Positions 37,947 through 46,711 of a DNA stretch of 64,000 bases are shown in pieces. Position 1 is the first letter of the stretch. Every line of letters starts with the position of its first letter. The stretch is taken from contig JBIOWE010000004.1 of NCBI GenBank assembly GCA_044868145.1, positions 9,395 to 73,394 on the forward strand. The letters are read 5' to 3'. This DNA is from Patescibacteria group bacterium (GTDB lineage: Bacteria > Patescibacteriota > Patescibacteriia > UBA10025 > JBIOWE01). The position numbers were made by a program, and so were the translations under genes. Below the pieces are notes generated by a model that saw nothing but the letters and a program-made list of their open reading frames with translations, was not told the origin of the DNA and made no database searches.

Positions 37947-38023
37947 TGGTTGCGGGGGTGGGATTTGAACCCACGACCTGCGGATTATGAGCCCGCCGAG
38001 CTACCAGACTGCTCTACCCCGCT
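37947..38023 (-). tRNA. Initiator tRNA-fMet (CAT)
   Basis: AGCGGGGTAGAGCAGTCTGGTAGCTCGGCGGG-CTCATAA-TCCGC..CCCCGCAACCA; 1:72 mismatch and GAGC/GCTC initiator-type D stem. Confidence 0.92.
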
Positions 38024-38095
38024 ATGAGAGCACTCAACGATATATAAAGAGTCCTACGTATTATATGACAAAACCACAAATTTTGCAAGCGTAAT

Positions 38096-38179
38096 TGCCG
38101 GGAGAGAGACTCGAACTCTCATGGGGTTGCCCCCGCAGGATTTTGAGTCCTGTGCGTCTACCGATTCCGCCATCCCGGC
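38096..38179 (-). tRNA. tRNA-Leu(CAA)
   Basis: GCCGGGATGGCGGAATCGGTAGACGCACAGGA-CTCAAAA-TCCTG, long variable arm, GAGAG-TTCGAGT-CTCTC. Confidence 0.95.
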
Positions 38180-38209
38180 ATGTAATGTTGGATTGTAGGA
38201 AAAAATGTT

Positions 38210-38995
38210 CTATCCGTCAACCGATCTGCGCCGCCGCCATAGAACAACGGCGGCCAACACGATCGCTATGCACGCCCATTGCGCCACGCTCAACGGGCCA
38301 AGACTCTCTGGATTGATGCGAAGAAAATCCAGTGTGAATCGAATGACGGCATAGCCAGCGAAGTACCAGAGGAACACTCGGCCCTGCAAGTTGACATTTT
38401 TCTTAAAGAACACAAGTAAAAGAAAAAACAAGGCGAGGTCCAATACCGATTCGTACAAAAAGAGCGGGTGGAAAAAGCTCTGCAGTTCGTATGTTGATGG
38501 CCGATGCGCAATATCAATAGGAATGCCCCACGCGCCGTTCGTGGGCAGCCCAAATAATTCTTGATTGAAATAATTCCCCCACCTGCCAATCGCCTGCGCT
38601 AATGGTGCGCCAAGCGCCATAATGTCCCCAAGCACCCAAAACGAGAGCTTTCGAACGCGCACATAAACAGTAAGCCCAAACAAAGAACCAAGAAATACCC
38701 CAAAGAGCGAAAGCCCTCCTTGCCAGACGTATAATATCCGTATGGGGTCGTCGCGATAATATGGCCATTCGAAAAGTACGTGAACCACCCTTCCGGCGAC
38801 AATACCCAGCGCAGGCAAAAGCAAGAAAAGATTGTACACATGATCAGATGATGTCTGTTTTTTCTTTGCCGCCCAAAGCGCCATTGCCAAACCGGCGAGC
38901 GTCGCGACGATAATCAGCACGCCATACCACGAAATCGAAAACGAACCGAAAGTAAGAAAGGTCGGCGCTGGAATAAAACTATGTAAAACATTCAT
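38210..38995 (-). CDS. lgt: Prolipoprotein diacylglyceryl transferase
   Basis: WYG, WQGGLS, QAIGRWGNYFNQELFG.PT..WG, HPLFLYES. Confidence 0.96.
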   Translation of the reverse strand: MNVLHSFIPAPTFLTFGSFSISWYGVLIIVATLAGLAMALWAAKKKQTSSDHVYNLFLLLPALGIVAGRVVHVLFEWPYYRDDPIRILYVWQGGLSLFGVFLGSLFGLTVYVRVRKLSFWVLGDIMALGAPLAQAIGRWGNYFNQELFGLPTNGAWGIPIDIAHRPSTYELQSFFHPLFLYESVLDLALFFLLLVFFKKNVNLQGRVFLWYFAGYAVIRFTLDFLRINPESLGPLSVAQWACIAIVLAAVVLWRRRRSVDG

Positions 38996-39007
38996 GAATG
39001 AACCCGA

Positions 39008-39751
39008 CTAGAGTAGGCTGTCAATGACTTGCTTAAACGACTCTAAGGGCAGCGCCCCAAAGATCAGCTTACCATTCACAAACGTTGCTGGCGTCCCGTT
39101 CACTCCGAACTGCGAGCCTTCGGCAAAATCAGTTTGCACTTTTTGCGCGAACTCTCCGTCATCAAGACAAGAGGAGAACTTTGAACTATCAACACCAACT
39201 TCTTTTGCCCATTGCTTTAAATTGTCGAAGCTAAGCTGTAGCTGGTTTTGAAACAGCAAATCATGGTATTCCCAAAATTTACTTTCGCCAGCGAGGCTCG
39301 CCACGCACTCAGACGCTTCCGCGGATTTCTGCGCCATCGGATGGATGGACGAGAGCGGAAAGTGGCGGTACACAAGCTTTACTTGGCCTTCATATTGCTC
39401 AAGTATCTGGAGAAGCGTCGGCGCAATCTTTTGACAGTAGGGGCATTGAAAATCCGCATATTCAACAAGAGTAATGGATGCGTTAATGTCACCACGAACA
39501 TGGTCGACGGCGCGCAACCGTATATCTACTGGCTGCGATGGTGTAGGATTTGTCCCCGTACCGGCGACTGTTCCCGACGTGGTCGCGGTGTTGGTTTCGG
39601 ACGCGTGTGTACCTACTCCCATATCAAATGTCAAAAATAAAACGAGCGATACAAGGCTCATAAGGGAAAGACCGACCAGCACGCCCATCACGAATGATGC
39701 TTTTGGAGTTGCGTAAAATCCCTTGGGTGGTTCGTTCGTTTGTTCCTGCAT
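39008..39751 (-). CDS. Membrane-anchored DsbA-like thioredoxin (CPYC)
   Basis: DHVRG..EYADFQCPYC..YRHFPL..H..GVNGTPATFVNG. Confidence 0.93.
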   Translation of the reverse strand: MQEQTNEPPKGFYATPKASFVMGVLVGLSLMSLVSLVLFLTFDMGVGTHASETNTATTSGTVAGTGTNPTPSQPVDIRLRAVDHVRGDINASITLVEYADFQCPYCQKIAPTLLQILEQYEGQVKLVYRHFPLSSIHPMAQKSAEASECVASLAGESKFWEYHDLLFQNQLQLSFDNLKQWAKEVGVDSSKFSSCLDDGEFAQKVQTDFAEGSQFGVNGTPATFVNGKLIFGALPLESFKQVIDSLL

Positions 39752-39786
39752 AGTAAAATAAGCTGCCTGCGAGGAATGCGCGCTTG

Positions 39787-40509
39787 TTACTGCCCCAGCG
39801 CGCGGTCAATCAGCAGTGTAAAATATTCCGACGGGATAACGCCAGCATACTTTGTATTGTTGATGAAAAATGTGGGGGTACCGGTTGCACCGGCGAGCAC
39901 CGCATCGTCAAAATCCTGCTGAATCTCCGCCTGGTATTTCTCGGAATCAAGGCATTGGTTAAATTGATTCATATCAAGGCCGATTTGCTCAGCGTACGCT
40001 TTCAGGGCTGCAAGAGACAAATTATTCTGATTGATGAATATCTTGTCGTGCATCTCCCAAAACTTTCCTTGCTCATGGCTGCATTCAGCCGCTTCGGCGG
40101 CATTCAGGGCGTCCGGATGGCTATCTACGTTGGGAAAGTCGCGGTATTGAAACTTGATCCGGTTACCGTACTTTTGAATGATTTCGCGAACAATGGGAAA
40201 CGCCTGCAAACAATACGGGCATTGGAAGTCGGAAAATTCTACAATGACAACGGCGGCGTCCGCCGCTCCGACGTACGGGTCGTCCGAGCTCTCAATAGTC
40301 GCCGTACCCATGATTTGGACGTTGTTTGTGTTGATGAACGTCTGTCCACCTAGATTTAAATTTCCGGTTCGGATATTCTGGATGACCAGGGCGGCAAAAA
40401 ACGCGACGACAACAAGAAGTCCGATGCCAAACACAATGAGAATACCAAGCCACCACCGACGCGTGTGCCGGTACATGGGCTGTGGTGGATGTTGATCTAT
40501 CTCGTTCAT
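39787..40509 (-). CDS. Membrane-anchored DsbA-like thioredoxin (CPYC)
   Basis: DDPYVG..EFSDFQCPYC..YRDFP..GTPTFFIN; start moved to MNEIDQ. Confidence 0.92.
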   Translation of the reverse strand: MNEIDQHPPQPMYRHTRRWWLGILIVFGIGLLVVVAFFAALVIQNIRTGNLNLGGQTFINTNNVQIMGTATIESSDDPYVGAADAAVVIVEFSDFQCPYCLQAFPIVREIIQKYGNRIKFQYRDFPNVDSHPDALNAAEAAECSHEQGKFWEMHDKIFINQNNLSLAALKAYAEQIGLDMNQFNQCLDSEKYQAEIQQDFDDAVLAGATGTPTFFINNTKYAGVIPSEYFTLLIDRALGQ

Positions 40510-40598
40510 GTTCTTATGCCTCCCTATTATATGGAATGGCCGCATGATTGACAAATACGCAACATTTGATAGCATCAGTATCAACAAAGGGAGGTACG

Positions 40599-40859
40599 AT
40601 GTTCTTTAAACTTCTAAGAATGCTCGTCATTTTTGCGCCGTGCGTTGGCACATATTTTCTTGCGAACTGGGCAATTCAGCACTATCTATTGCCCTGGTTG
40701 TTCTGGAACGTCCTGAAGTCTGCCCTATCGTATGAAAGCAGGGTTGTCCTCGCAATCATGGTATTCTACGTTGAGGTAATCCTTGCCGCCAATCTTGTTG
40801 ATCGTACGCTATTCAGCAAACCAAAACAAAAGCCGCAACGACTGCAAAAGGCTACGTGA
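40599..40859 (+). CDS. Small membrane protein (86 aa)
   Basis: SD GGGAGG before ATG 40599; promoter TTGACA (40548-40553)..TAGCAT; two TM segments; terminator hairpin at about 40870-40898. Confidence 0.65.
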   Translation: MFFKLLRMLVIFAPCVGTYFLANWAIQHYLLPWLFWNVLKSALSYESRVVLAIMVFYVEVILAANLVDRTLFSKPKQKPQRLQKAT

Positions 40860-40974
40860 TCCATGTTCGAAGCACCGCCTCAGAAACGGTGCTTTTTTTG
40901 TTTGGGTGCTGCCCAGATTGCTTGACGGAACGCGACATTTTAGTGTACGTTGTAGAAAGAAAAAAGGAGGGAGT

Positions 40975-41259
40975 ATGCTCTTTAGAATAATTTCGGCAGT
41001 GCTAGGTTTTACGTTCGTATCTTCACTTTCCGCATGGTCGAAGGTTAGTGCCGGGGGTCAAACGACTCACGTGCTTTCCAAGTGGGAAGCATTCGCTCCA
41101 ATGATCATTCTCTTGGTCTGCGTGCTAGCCTTACTCGTGTGGGTTGGATTGTGGCAAAAGCGTAATACGCGTAAGCCAGGCCCTGGGGATACCGCGCGGT
41201 TCCCTCACTGCGACTGCCCCGAAGGTAATCCCGAAAAGGGAGATTTGAATAAACACTGA
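40975..41259 (+). CDS. Small membrane protein (94 aa) with C-terminal HCDC motif
   Basis: SD AAGGAGG before ATG 40975; two hydrophobic segments; terminator AAACACTGACC-CAC-GGTCAGTGTTTTT. Confidence 0.65.
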   Translation: MLFRIISAVLGFTFVSSLSAWSKVSAGGQTTHVLSKWEAFAPMIILLVCVLALLVWVGLWQKRNTRKPGPGDTARFPHCDCPEGNPEKGDLNKH

Positions 41260-41336
41260 CCCACGGTCAGTGTTTTTCTATAAATAAATCGAGGCGCGAA
41301 AACCTGCACTTGGCTTGTTTTGGCTGTTCAAACGTT

Positions 41337-42323
41337 TTATATGCTATTGTTTTGGGAGGGTTGTCTCGGTTTTCTTTTTCTTCTTACAAGAACAAAGAAA
41401 ATTGCGATAGCGATAAACGCTGGCATAAACCAATCGGTGAAGTGTTGAGACCAGAGTAATACTTTTTGACTCGCCTGAAAATAAACATCAATCAATCCGG
41501 CTTTCGTGAGAAATCCAAAAAATGAATTTGTTCCATTGGAAAGAATAAAGATGAACCCGAGCAGGAAAAAAAGAGTTGCAGCGATCAGATTCGTCGAATG
41601 AACATGGAGCTCTTTTCCGCCGATACTGAATGTCCAAAGCTTGCCACGCAGTAGCCCGCGTTCATGGGTTTTGAATCTGTCGAAAAAGTACGCGAGAATA
41701 AAAAGCGGAAGCGCAAGCCCGAGACTGTAGACAACCAGTAAAAGGCTTGATTGGAAAGGATTTGCGTATGTGCTCGCCAGCGTAATAATCGCACCAATGA
41801 TCGGTGCTGTGCATGTGCCGGCAGCAAATCCTGTTGTGATTCCCAGTAAGTACACGGAGCCGAAGCTTTGTTTGTTACTTTGGATTCGCAGGAACGAAGG
41901 AAGAAACGAAAAGGATTTTTCGAACAGGAGCATAAGGCCAAATATAAAAAATAAGATGCCGGCGATAACAAACAGAGTGCCCTGATAGTTGATGAAAATC
42001 TTTGCGACGAGTGATGCGGAAAACCCAAGCGGCACATAGACCGTGACGAGTCCCAGAAAAAAGACAAATGTCATTTCAACAAGCCTACGGCGTTCTTTGA
42101 ACGCGTACGCAAAAAAAGCTGGTAGAAGAGCTGCTGAACATGGCGAAAGAAGCGCGAGGAATCCTCCGATCAATGCGGCGAAGAGAGAAACATGAATCGG
42201 CAATGCTCCCGTGTTCCCAACTCGCAAAACCGGCGTCGTGAGTATAACAATGCCTACCGTCAACAGAGCAGTAATCGCGATAAAAAAGACAAGTGGTGAT
42301 GGCTTGAAATTCGTTTGATCCAT
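41337..42323 (-). CDS. ccdA: CcdA/DsbD-family transmembrane disulfide electron transporter
   Basis: GGFLALLSPCSAALLP and GTCTAPIIGAI conserved Cys pair; YSLGLALP. Confidence 0.88.
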   Translation of the reverse strand: MDQTNFKPSPLVFFIAITALLTVGIVILTTPVLRVGNTGALPIHVSLFAALIGGFLALLSPCSAALLPAFFAYAFKERRRLVEMTFVFFLGLVTVYVPLGFSASLVAKIFINYQGTLFVIAGILFFIFGLMLLFEKSFSFLPSFLRIQSNKQSFGSVYLLGITTGFAAGTCTAPIIGAIITLASTYANPFQSSLLLVVYSLGLALPLFILAYFFDRFKTHERGLLRGKLWTFSIGGKELHVHSTNLIAATLFFLLGFIFILSNGTNSFFGFLTKAGLIDVYFQASQKVLLWSQHFTDWFMPAFIAIAIFFVLVRRKRKPRQPSQNNSI

Positions 42324-42419
42324 AGCGTCAGTATACCAAAATTCACGGCTTCCGAAGAAAACCGTGAATCGTGAGAGAGTCTGTTACGTTTACCTTAGCA
42401 TGAACGACCACGTGAATCT

Positions 42420-43220
42420 CTATGCGGAAAGCGCCTGATCAATAATCTGCTTCATTGTCGCGAATGGGTATGCTCCGGGAATAATCTGTGCTTTCCCGTT
42501 TTTATCAACAATGATCGTTCCTGGTGTGCCAGTGATGCCTGCGGTTGTACCGTCATTCAAGTCGCTGCTCACGACCGACGCCATTTCACCGCTATCGAGA
42601 CAGTCTTGGAACTTGGTCTGGCTTACCCCAATCTCTTTTGCAAGTGGCCCTAGGTCCGTAAGTGCAAAGCCAGTGCCGTTTGAGGTTGTGCGCTCGAATA
42701 TTTTGTCATGGAATTGCCAGAATGCGTCTTCACCGCTAAGCTTTGCAACGCATTCAGATGCTTCCGCTTCTTTCTGGGCATTTGCATGAAACGATAAAGG
42801 GAAATGGCGATAAACCAAACGCACTTTGTCCTTGTAATCAGTTAAGATTTGGGCAGTCGTCGGAGCAAATTGCTTACAGAATGGACACTCAAAGTCGGAA
42901 TATTCAATCAGTGTGACGCTGGCGTTCTTGTTGCCGCGTACGTGGTCGTCGTTGCCGACAGCGCGGTATTGCCCCGCTGCCTGTGTAAGAGAGTTACCCG
43001 TCCCTGAAGTGTTTGTCGTCGTTGTGGTGGTTGTACCGGTCGTGTTGATCTTGGTTGACGCGGTCGATGGATTTCTCAAAAGCGTCAACCCAAGGACAAG
43101 CGCGACAATGCTCATCACGGTGAGTCCGGCGAGGCTGCCCATAACAAAGGCGGCCTTCGGCGACATGGAAAAGTCCCTGGCTAGGTTGACCTTTTTCTCT
43201 TCTTTCTGTTGTTCTTCCAT
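42420..43220 (-). CDS. Membrane-anchored DsbA-like thioredoxin (CPFC)
   Basis: DHVRG..EYSDFECPFC..YRHFPL..GITGTPG..GAYP. Confidence 0.93.
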   Translation of the reverse strand: MEEQQKEEKKVNLARDFSMSPKAAFVMGSLAGLTVMSIVALVLGLTLLRNPSTASTKINTTGTTTTTTTNTSGTGNSLTQAAGQYRAVGNDDHVRGNKNASVTLIEYSDFECPFCKQFAPTTAQILTDYKDKVRLVYRHFPLSFHANAQKEAEASECVAKLSGEDAFWQFHDKIFERTTSNGTGFALTDLGPLAKEIGVSQTKFQDCLDSGEMASVVSSDLNDGTTAGITGTPGTIIVDKNGKAQIIPGAYPFATMKQIIDQALSA

Positions 43221-43245
43221 AAAAATACGTTAATAGTGATAATAA

Positions 43246-44271
43246 TTATTTTGTTTGACAAGTATAGTTTGAGGAATATGCATGCGTCATTGTTTGATCA
43301 ACGCTCTGACTCTGGACTGACGCGGGCGATTGGTTCCGCATCGGGCACAGGAGCAGCTCCGAGGAAAAAGGGACGCGCTCACCATCATGCGTGAATGCAA
43401 AGATGGCGTTACTTTGCACCATAAACAATCCAACAATGACTATGACCGCAGCTATGGCAACCGGAACACGTTTTCGAAAATGGCTGGATGGTACATGGCC
43501 GCTCAGTAGTTGTTGAACGCGCAGTTCTGTTGTCGATAAAAACGGTATAGGTACGTTGCTCCCGCGCTGCTTTCTGCCGAGAAGTTTCAAAAGCGCGCTG
43601 CCGAGAAATCGCGGTTCGCGGAAAGACTGCGTCGCATATTCATCAGCGGCAAGCTCTAACGTGTGTTTGAAGTCTTGGACCGTACGGTCTATAAAAGGAA
43701 CTAAGAAAAACATTTGAGCGGCGGCATGAGCAAAAAACAATCTGAGAGGGTCCCGATCAAGCAAGTGTCTTTTTTCATGAAGCAAAATTGTTTTTAATTC
43801 ATTCGGGGATACGGATCGTACGAACGCTGACGATACGTAAATGCGGGGCTTGAGTAAACCGGCGCAGAACACATGCATGGTATTCTGCGAAAGTTCAAAC
43901 ACCTTTTTGTTGAGCGCAGTGGCTAGAATTGCTTGGCTGAGCTTCTTTGATGGCTTGCGTAGAGCAAACCGATGTGTGTCGCTGAACCGATACACGCCTA
44001 GTAATTCTCGAATAACTGCGGCAATAAGCAAAACGAAAAATATGCTCGACAGAAGAAAAAGCGCAAACATTGTTCCGGCGGCAAATGGATGTTCGGAAAA
44101 AAAGGAAATCTGTGTAGCGCACGTGCAGGTGCCCTGACCTTCCTGCAGAACCTTGTATCCATTCATCATAACCGGCAGCGTCTTCCAAAAAATCAAACCA
44201 AAGAAACTAATGGTTGCAAATAGCATTGCAGTGAGTCCGAAAAAAAGAAAATGCGCATTTCGACGGTACAT
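43246..44271 (-). CDS. M56 (BlaR1/MecR1-type) metallopeptidase without a penicillin-binding domain
   Basis: FCAGLLKPRIYVS..ILLHEKRHL..RDPL..ELAADE; TM helices; adjacent to blaI-like gene. Confidence 0.9.
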   Translation of the reverse strand: MYRRNAHFLFFGLTAMLFATISFFGLIFWKTLPVMMNGYKVLQEGQGTCTCATQISFFSEHPFAAGTMFALFLLSSIFFVLLIAAVIRELLGVYRFSDTHRFALRKPSKKLSQAILATALNKKVFELSQNTMHVFCAGLLKPRIYVSSAFVRSVSPNELKTILLHEKRHLLDRDPLRLFFAHAAAQMFFLVPFIDRTVQDFKHTLELAADEYATQSFREPRFLGSALLKLLGRKQRGSNVPIPFLSTTELRVQQLLSGHVPSSHFRKRVPVAIAAVIVIVGLFMVQSNAIFAFTHDGERVPFSSELLLCPMRNQSPASVQSQSVDQTMTHAYSSNYTCQTK

Positions 44272-44274
44272 AGA

Positions 44275-44664
44275 CTATGTTTTTTTGAATTTTACTTTCA
44301 ACTTCTCAAGCAAACGGGGGTCAATTTCTTCAAGTGTATCAACGAACTGTACAATCGCGACATCACCATAGACTCTTCGTAAATCTTGCAAAAGCTGGCG
44401 CGATGCGCGTTTGAAAAATTCTTCGCGATCATACAGCGAGGAATAAGAGTACGTATTGTCCGTTTTCTTCCGGGTCAAGACTTTTTTCGCAAACAAGCGA
44501 TCCATGATCGTCATTATGGTCGTGTACGCATACGAACGCTTCTTCTGCAGTGCCTCAAACACGTCACGAACCGTTACGGATTCATGGTCCCAAACCACGT
44601 TCATGACCTCGCGTTCGAGATCTCCGAGTATTTGTAATCGCGCTTTATTTACGTTGAATCGCAT
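44275..44664 (-). CDS. BlaI/MecI/CopY family repressor
   Basis: LGDLEREVMNVVW..TVRDV..AYTTIMTIMDRL..K..L.R. Confidence 0.95.
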   Translation of the reverse strand: MRFNVNKARLQILGDLEREVMNVVWDHESVTVRDVFEALQKKRSYAYTTIMTIMDRLFAKKVLTRKKTDNTYSYSSLYDREEFFKRASRQLLQDLRRVYGDVAIVQFVDTLEEIDPRLLEKLKVKFKKT

Positions 44665-44666
44665 AG

Positions 44667-44704
44667 CTACTATACAGTGTAGTAGGGATTGAGTAATGAG
44701 TCAA
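44667..44704 (-). promoter_or_regulatory. Promoter with overlapping BlaI-type operator palindrome
   Basis: TTGACT (44704-44699), 17 nt, TACACT; palindrome CTACTA-TACAGTG-TAGTAG at 44667-44685, immediately before the ATG. Confidence 0.8.
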
Positions 44705-44813
44705 ATCAGTTATCCACAACGTAAAATCCGCCTCCTCGGCGGATCACGTTGTGTACAAAAAATGCGCTGCCAGGCGCAGTCTTCCTTATTTTTTATATTT
44801 TATTTTTAATCTT

Positions 44814-45032
44814 TTATTTCTTTTCGGGGTATATCTGGGTCCCGTTGTCGTCATAAACAATTATGGCTTCCGTGGGGCACGACTTGGCCGCGTCAAGAAT
44901 CGTTTGGTCGTCTGCGCCTTTTGCATTCTTCACCACTGCTTTATTTTCATCATCAAGCTCAAACACGTCAGGGGCAACGGCAATGCACGATGCCGCGCCA
45001 ATACATTTTTCTCGATCAACAACAATTTTCAT
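44814..45032 (-). CDS. Monocluster ferredoxin (probably [3Fe-4S])
   Basis: VDREKCIGAASC..AP.VF..AAKSCPTEAI; the second cluster Cys is replaced by Ala. Confidence 0.9.
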   Translation of the reverse strand: MKIVVDREKCIGAASCIAVAPDVFELDDENKAVVKNAKGADDQTILDAAKSCPTEAIIVYDDNGTQIYPEKK

Positions 45033-45067
45033 ACTAAAGATAGTGTACGGGATTTTTTGATGATTGT

Positions 45068-45142
45068 CCAGCGCACCGCACAGATAAACTGTGCGCTGGG
45101 ATAAAAACTAACCCAATGCACAGCTTGACTGTGCGTTGGGTT
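45068..45142. repeat. Two related tandem palindromes
   Basis: CCAGCGCACCGCACAG-ATAAA-CTGTGCGCTGG and AACCCAATGCACAG-CTTGA-CTGTGCGTTGGGTT. Confidence 0.6.
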
Positions 45143-45173
45143 GTGGCAGTAAAATAAAAAAAGCCCCCGTTTT

Positions 45174-45410
45174 TTATGCGAGGGCTTGGTAAAGATCCGG
45201 CTGAATGATTTTGACGAATTCAATGAGCAGTGGGTATACCGCGTCTCTATGACGCAAGGTGATAAAAAGCGCTTTATCCTGTATTTCAAAATAATCCGGA
45301 TCGCGCTTGTTATTGATCAAAAAGTTAACAAACGCCGCTTCAAAAGAGTCATCAGTTACTTCGCCATCCATGGCAGCTATCTCCAGTTGATACAACGATG
45401 ATAGTTGCAT
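45174..45410 (-). CDS. Small hypothetical protein (78 aa)
   Basis: SD AAGGAGG; promoter TTGACA (45475-45470), 17 nt, TACTCT; terminator overlapping the stop codon. Confidence 0.7.
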   Translation of the reverse strand: MQLSSLYQLEIAAMDGEVTDDSFEAAFVNFLINNKRDPDYFEIQDKALFITLRHRDAVYPLLIEFVKIIQPDLYQALA

Positions 45411-45557
45411 GGGTTTCCTCCTTATTTAAATGTGCGTGAACAAACAAGAGTAGCACGTACCCTTTACCTTGTCAATACCAAAAAGCGCACCTCTCTTGTG
45501 GGTGCGCTTTCATTGCCTACAACCAATCGCAGGCGCGGCGGCCTGCGCTTGGTTTAA

Positions 45558-46148
45558 TTATTTTCTCGCTATCTTATACCGTCGATCTACCTCTTTCCAA
45601 TCCACATTCTGGAAAAATGCGTCAATGTAGGTTTTTCGGTCAGAGCCATAGTCAATGAAGTATGAGTGTTCATACACGTCGCACGGGAGAAGTAAGGTGC
45701 AGCCCCACACGCCACCTTGGTTTTGCGCGTCCGCGGCGTAGATGTGTAAACGATTGTCTGACGGATCAAAGCACAGAATCGACCAACCGCGCGCTGCCAT
45801 GCCCGTGGCAACGAAGGCTTCCATGAATTTTGGGTAGCTGCCCCATTCCTTTTCAATTGCTTTGTACACGTCCGCCCCTTCTGGTTTGCCGTCGCCGCCG
45901 AGCACAGAGAAGTATACTTCATGGAGGATCATCCCATTCGCCGCAAACGTCTCCCCTTCTTTTAACCCACGGTACGCGGAGTACACTTGGTTTGCCTTAG
46001 ACGCGTCCGCCTGATGGATCGATTCCTCAACCTCATTGCGCTTGTTCACGTAGCCTGTATACAGCTTGCCGTGGTGGATTTCGTTTGTTTTGTCGGAAAT
46101 CCCTTTGAGGGATTTGAATTTGAGCGGTCTGACTTGATGTTTATGCAT
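45558..46148 (-). CDS. Fe/Mn superoxide dismutase family protein
   Basis: GIS..TNEIHHGKLY.GYV, ILHEVYF, GW..L, DVYEHSYFIDYG; start moved to MHKHQV. Confidence 0.9.
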   Translation of the reverse strand: MHKHQVRPLKFKSLKGISDKTNEIHHGKLYTGYVNKRNEVEESIHQADASKANQVYSAYRGLKEGETFAANGMILHEVYFSVLGGDGKPEGADVYKAIEKEWGSYPKFMEAFVATGMAARGWSILCFDPSDNRLHIYAADAQNQGGVWGCTLLLPCDVYEHSYFIDYGSDRKTYIDAFFQNVDWKEVDRRYKIARK

Positions 46149-46184
46149 ATGATTTTGGTTAATGATTATCGAATGCCTGCCTTT

Positions 46185-46331
46185 TGTCATTTCGAACCCC
46201 CACCTTAAAGTGGGGTGAGAAATCTCCTTGAATTAAGCAATTACTATAAGATTTCTCCGCTCCCCCTCGCCGTTCGACTTCGTCCCGCTGAGCGGGACTT
46301 CGCTCACGGCTCGGGGTCGGTCGAAATGACA
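46185..46331. repeat. Composite palindromic (REP/MITE-like) element with nested hairpins
   Basis: Terminal TGTCATTTCGA / TCGAAATGACA, internal GAGAAATCT / AGATTTCTC, plus nested CCCCAC..GTGGGG and GTCCCGC-TGA-GCGGGAC hairpins. Confidence 0.75.
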
Positions 46332-46348
46332 GTGACAAGTCAATGTTA

Positions 46349-46708
46349 TTACTTAATTGCTTGTTGAACCGTCTCCAATCCCAGCGTCGCGCATTTTTTG
46401 CGCGACGGGTTAATATGCTCGCCCACGACTTGCAAAATATCATGCTCGTTCATCTTCGCAAGGTCTGCCTTTGTTTTACCGACGAGCATGTCGGACAATA
46501 TAGACGCGGATGCTTGAGAAAGTGCGCAGCCTTCGCCGCTCCATTTTACCTCTGACACCTTATCCCCGTCAAATTTGAGAAAAAATTCCGTTACGTCTCC
46601 ACACAGAGTGTTCTCCAAACGGCCATGGTTGTCGGCAGGCTCAAGCTTACCAGAGTTGCGCGGGTTTTTAAAATGATCGAGGATAAGTTCACGATAAATA
46701 TCGGACAT
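46349..46708 (-). CDS. sufU: SufU/NifU-like Fe-S scaffold or sulfur acceptor
   Basis: YRELILDHFKNPRN, N.LCGD, GCALSQASAS, R.KCA.L. Confidence 0.93.
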   Translation of the reverse strand: MSDIYRELILDHFKNPRNSGKLEPADNHGRLENTLCGDVTEFFLKFDGDKVSEVKWSGEGCALSQASASILSDMLVGKTKADLAKMNEHDILQVVGEHINPSRKKCATLGLETVQQAIK

Positions 46709-46711
46709 AGA

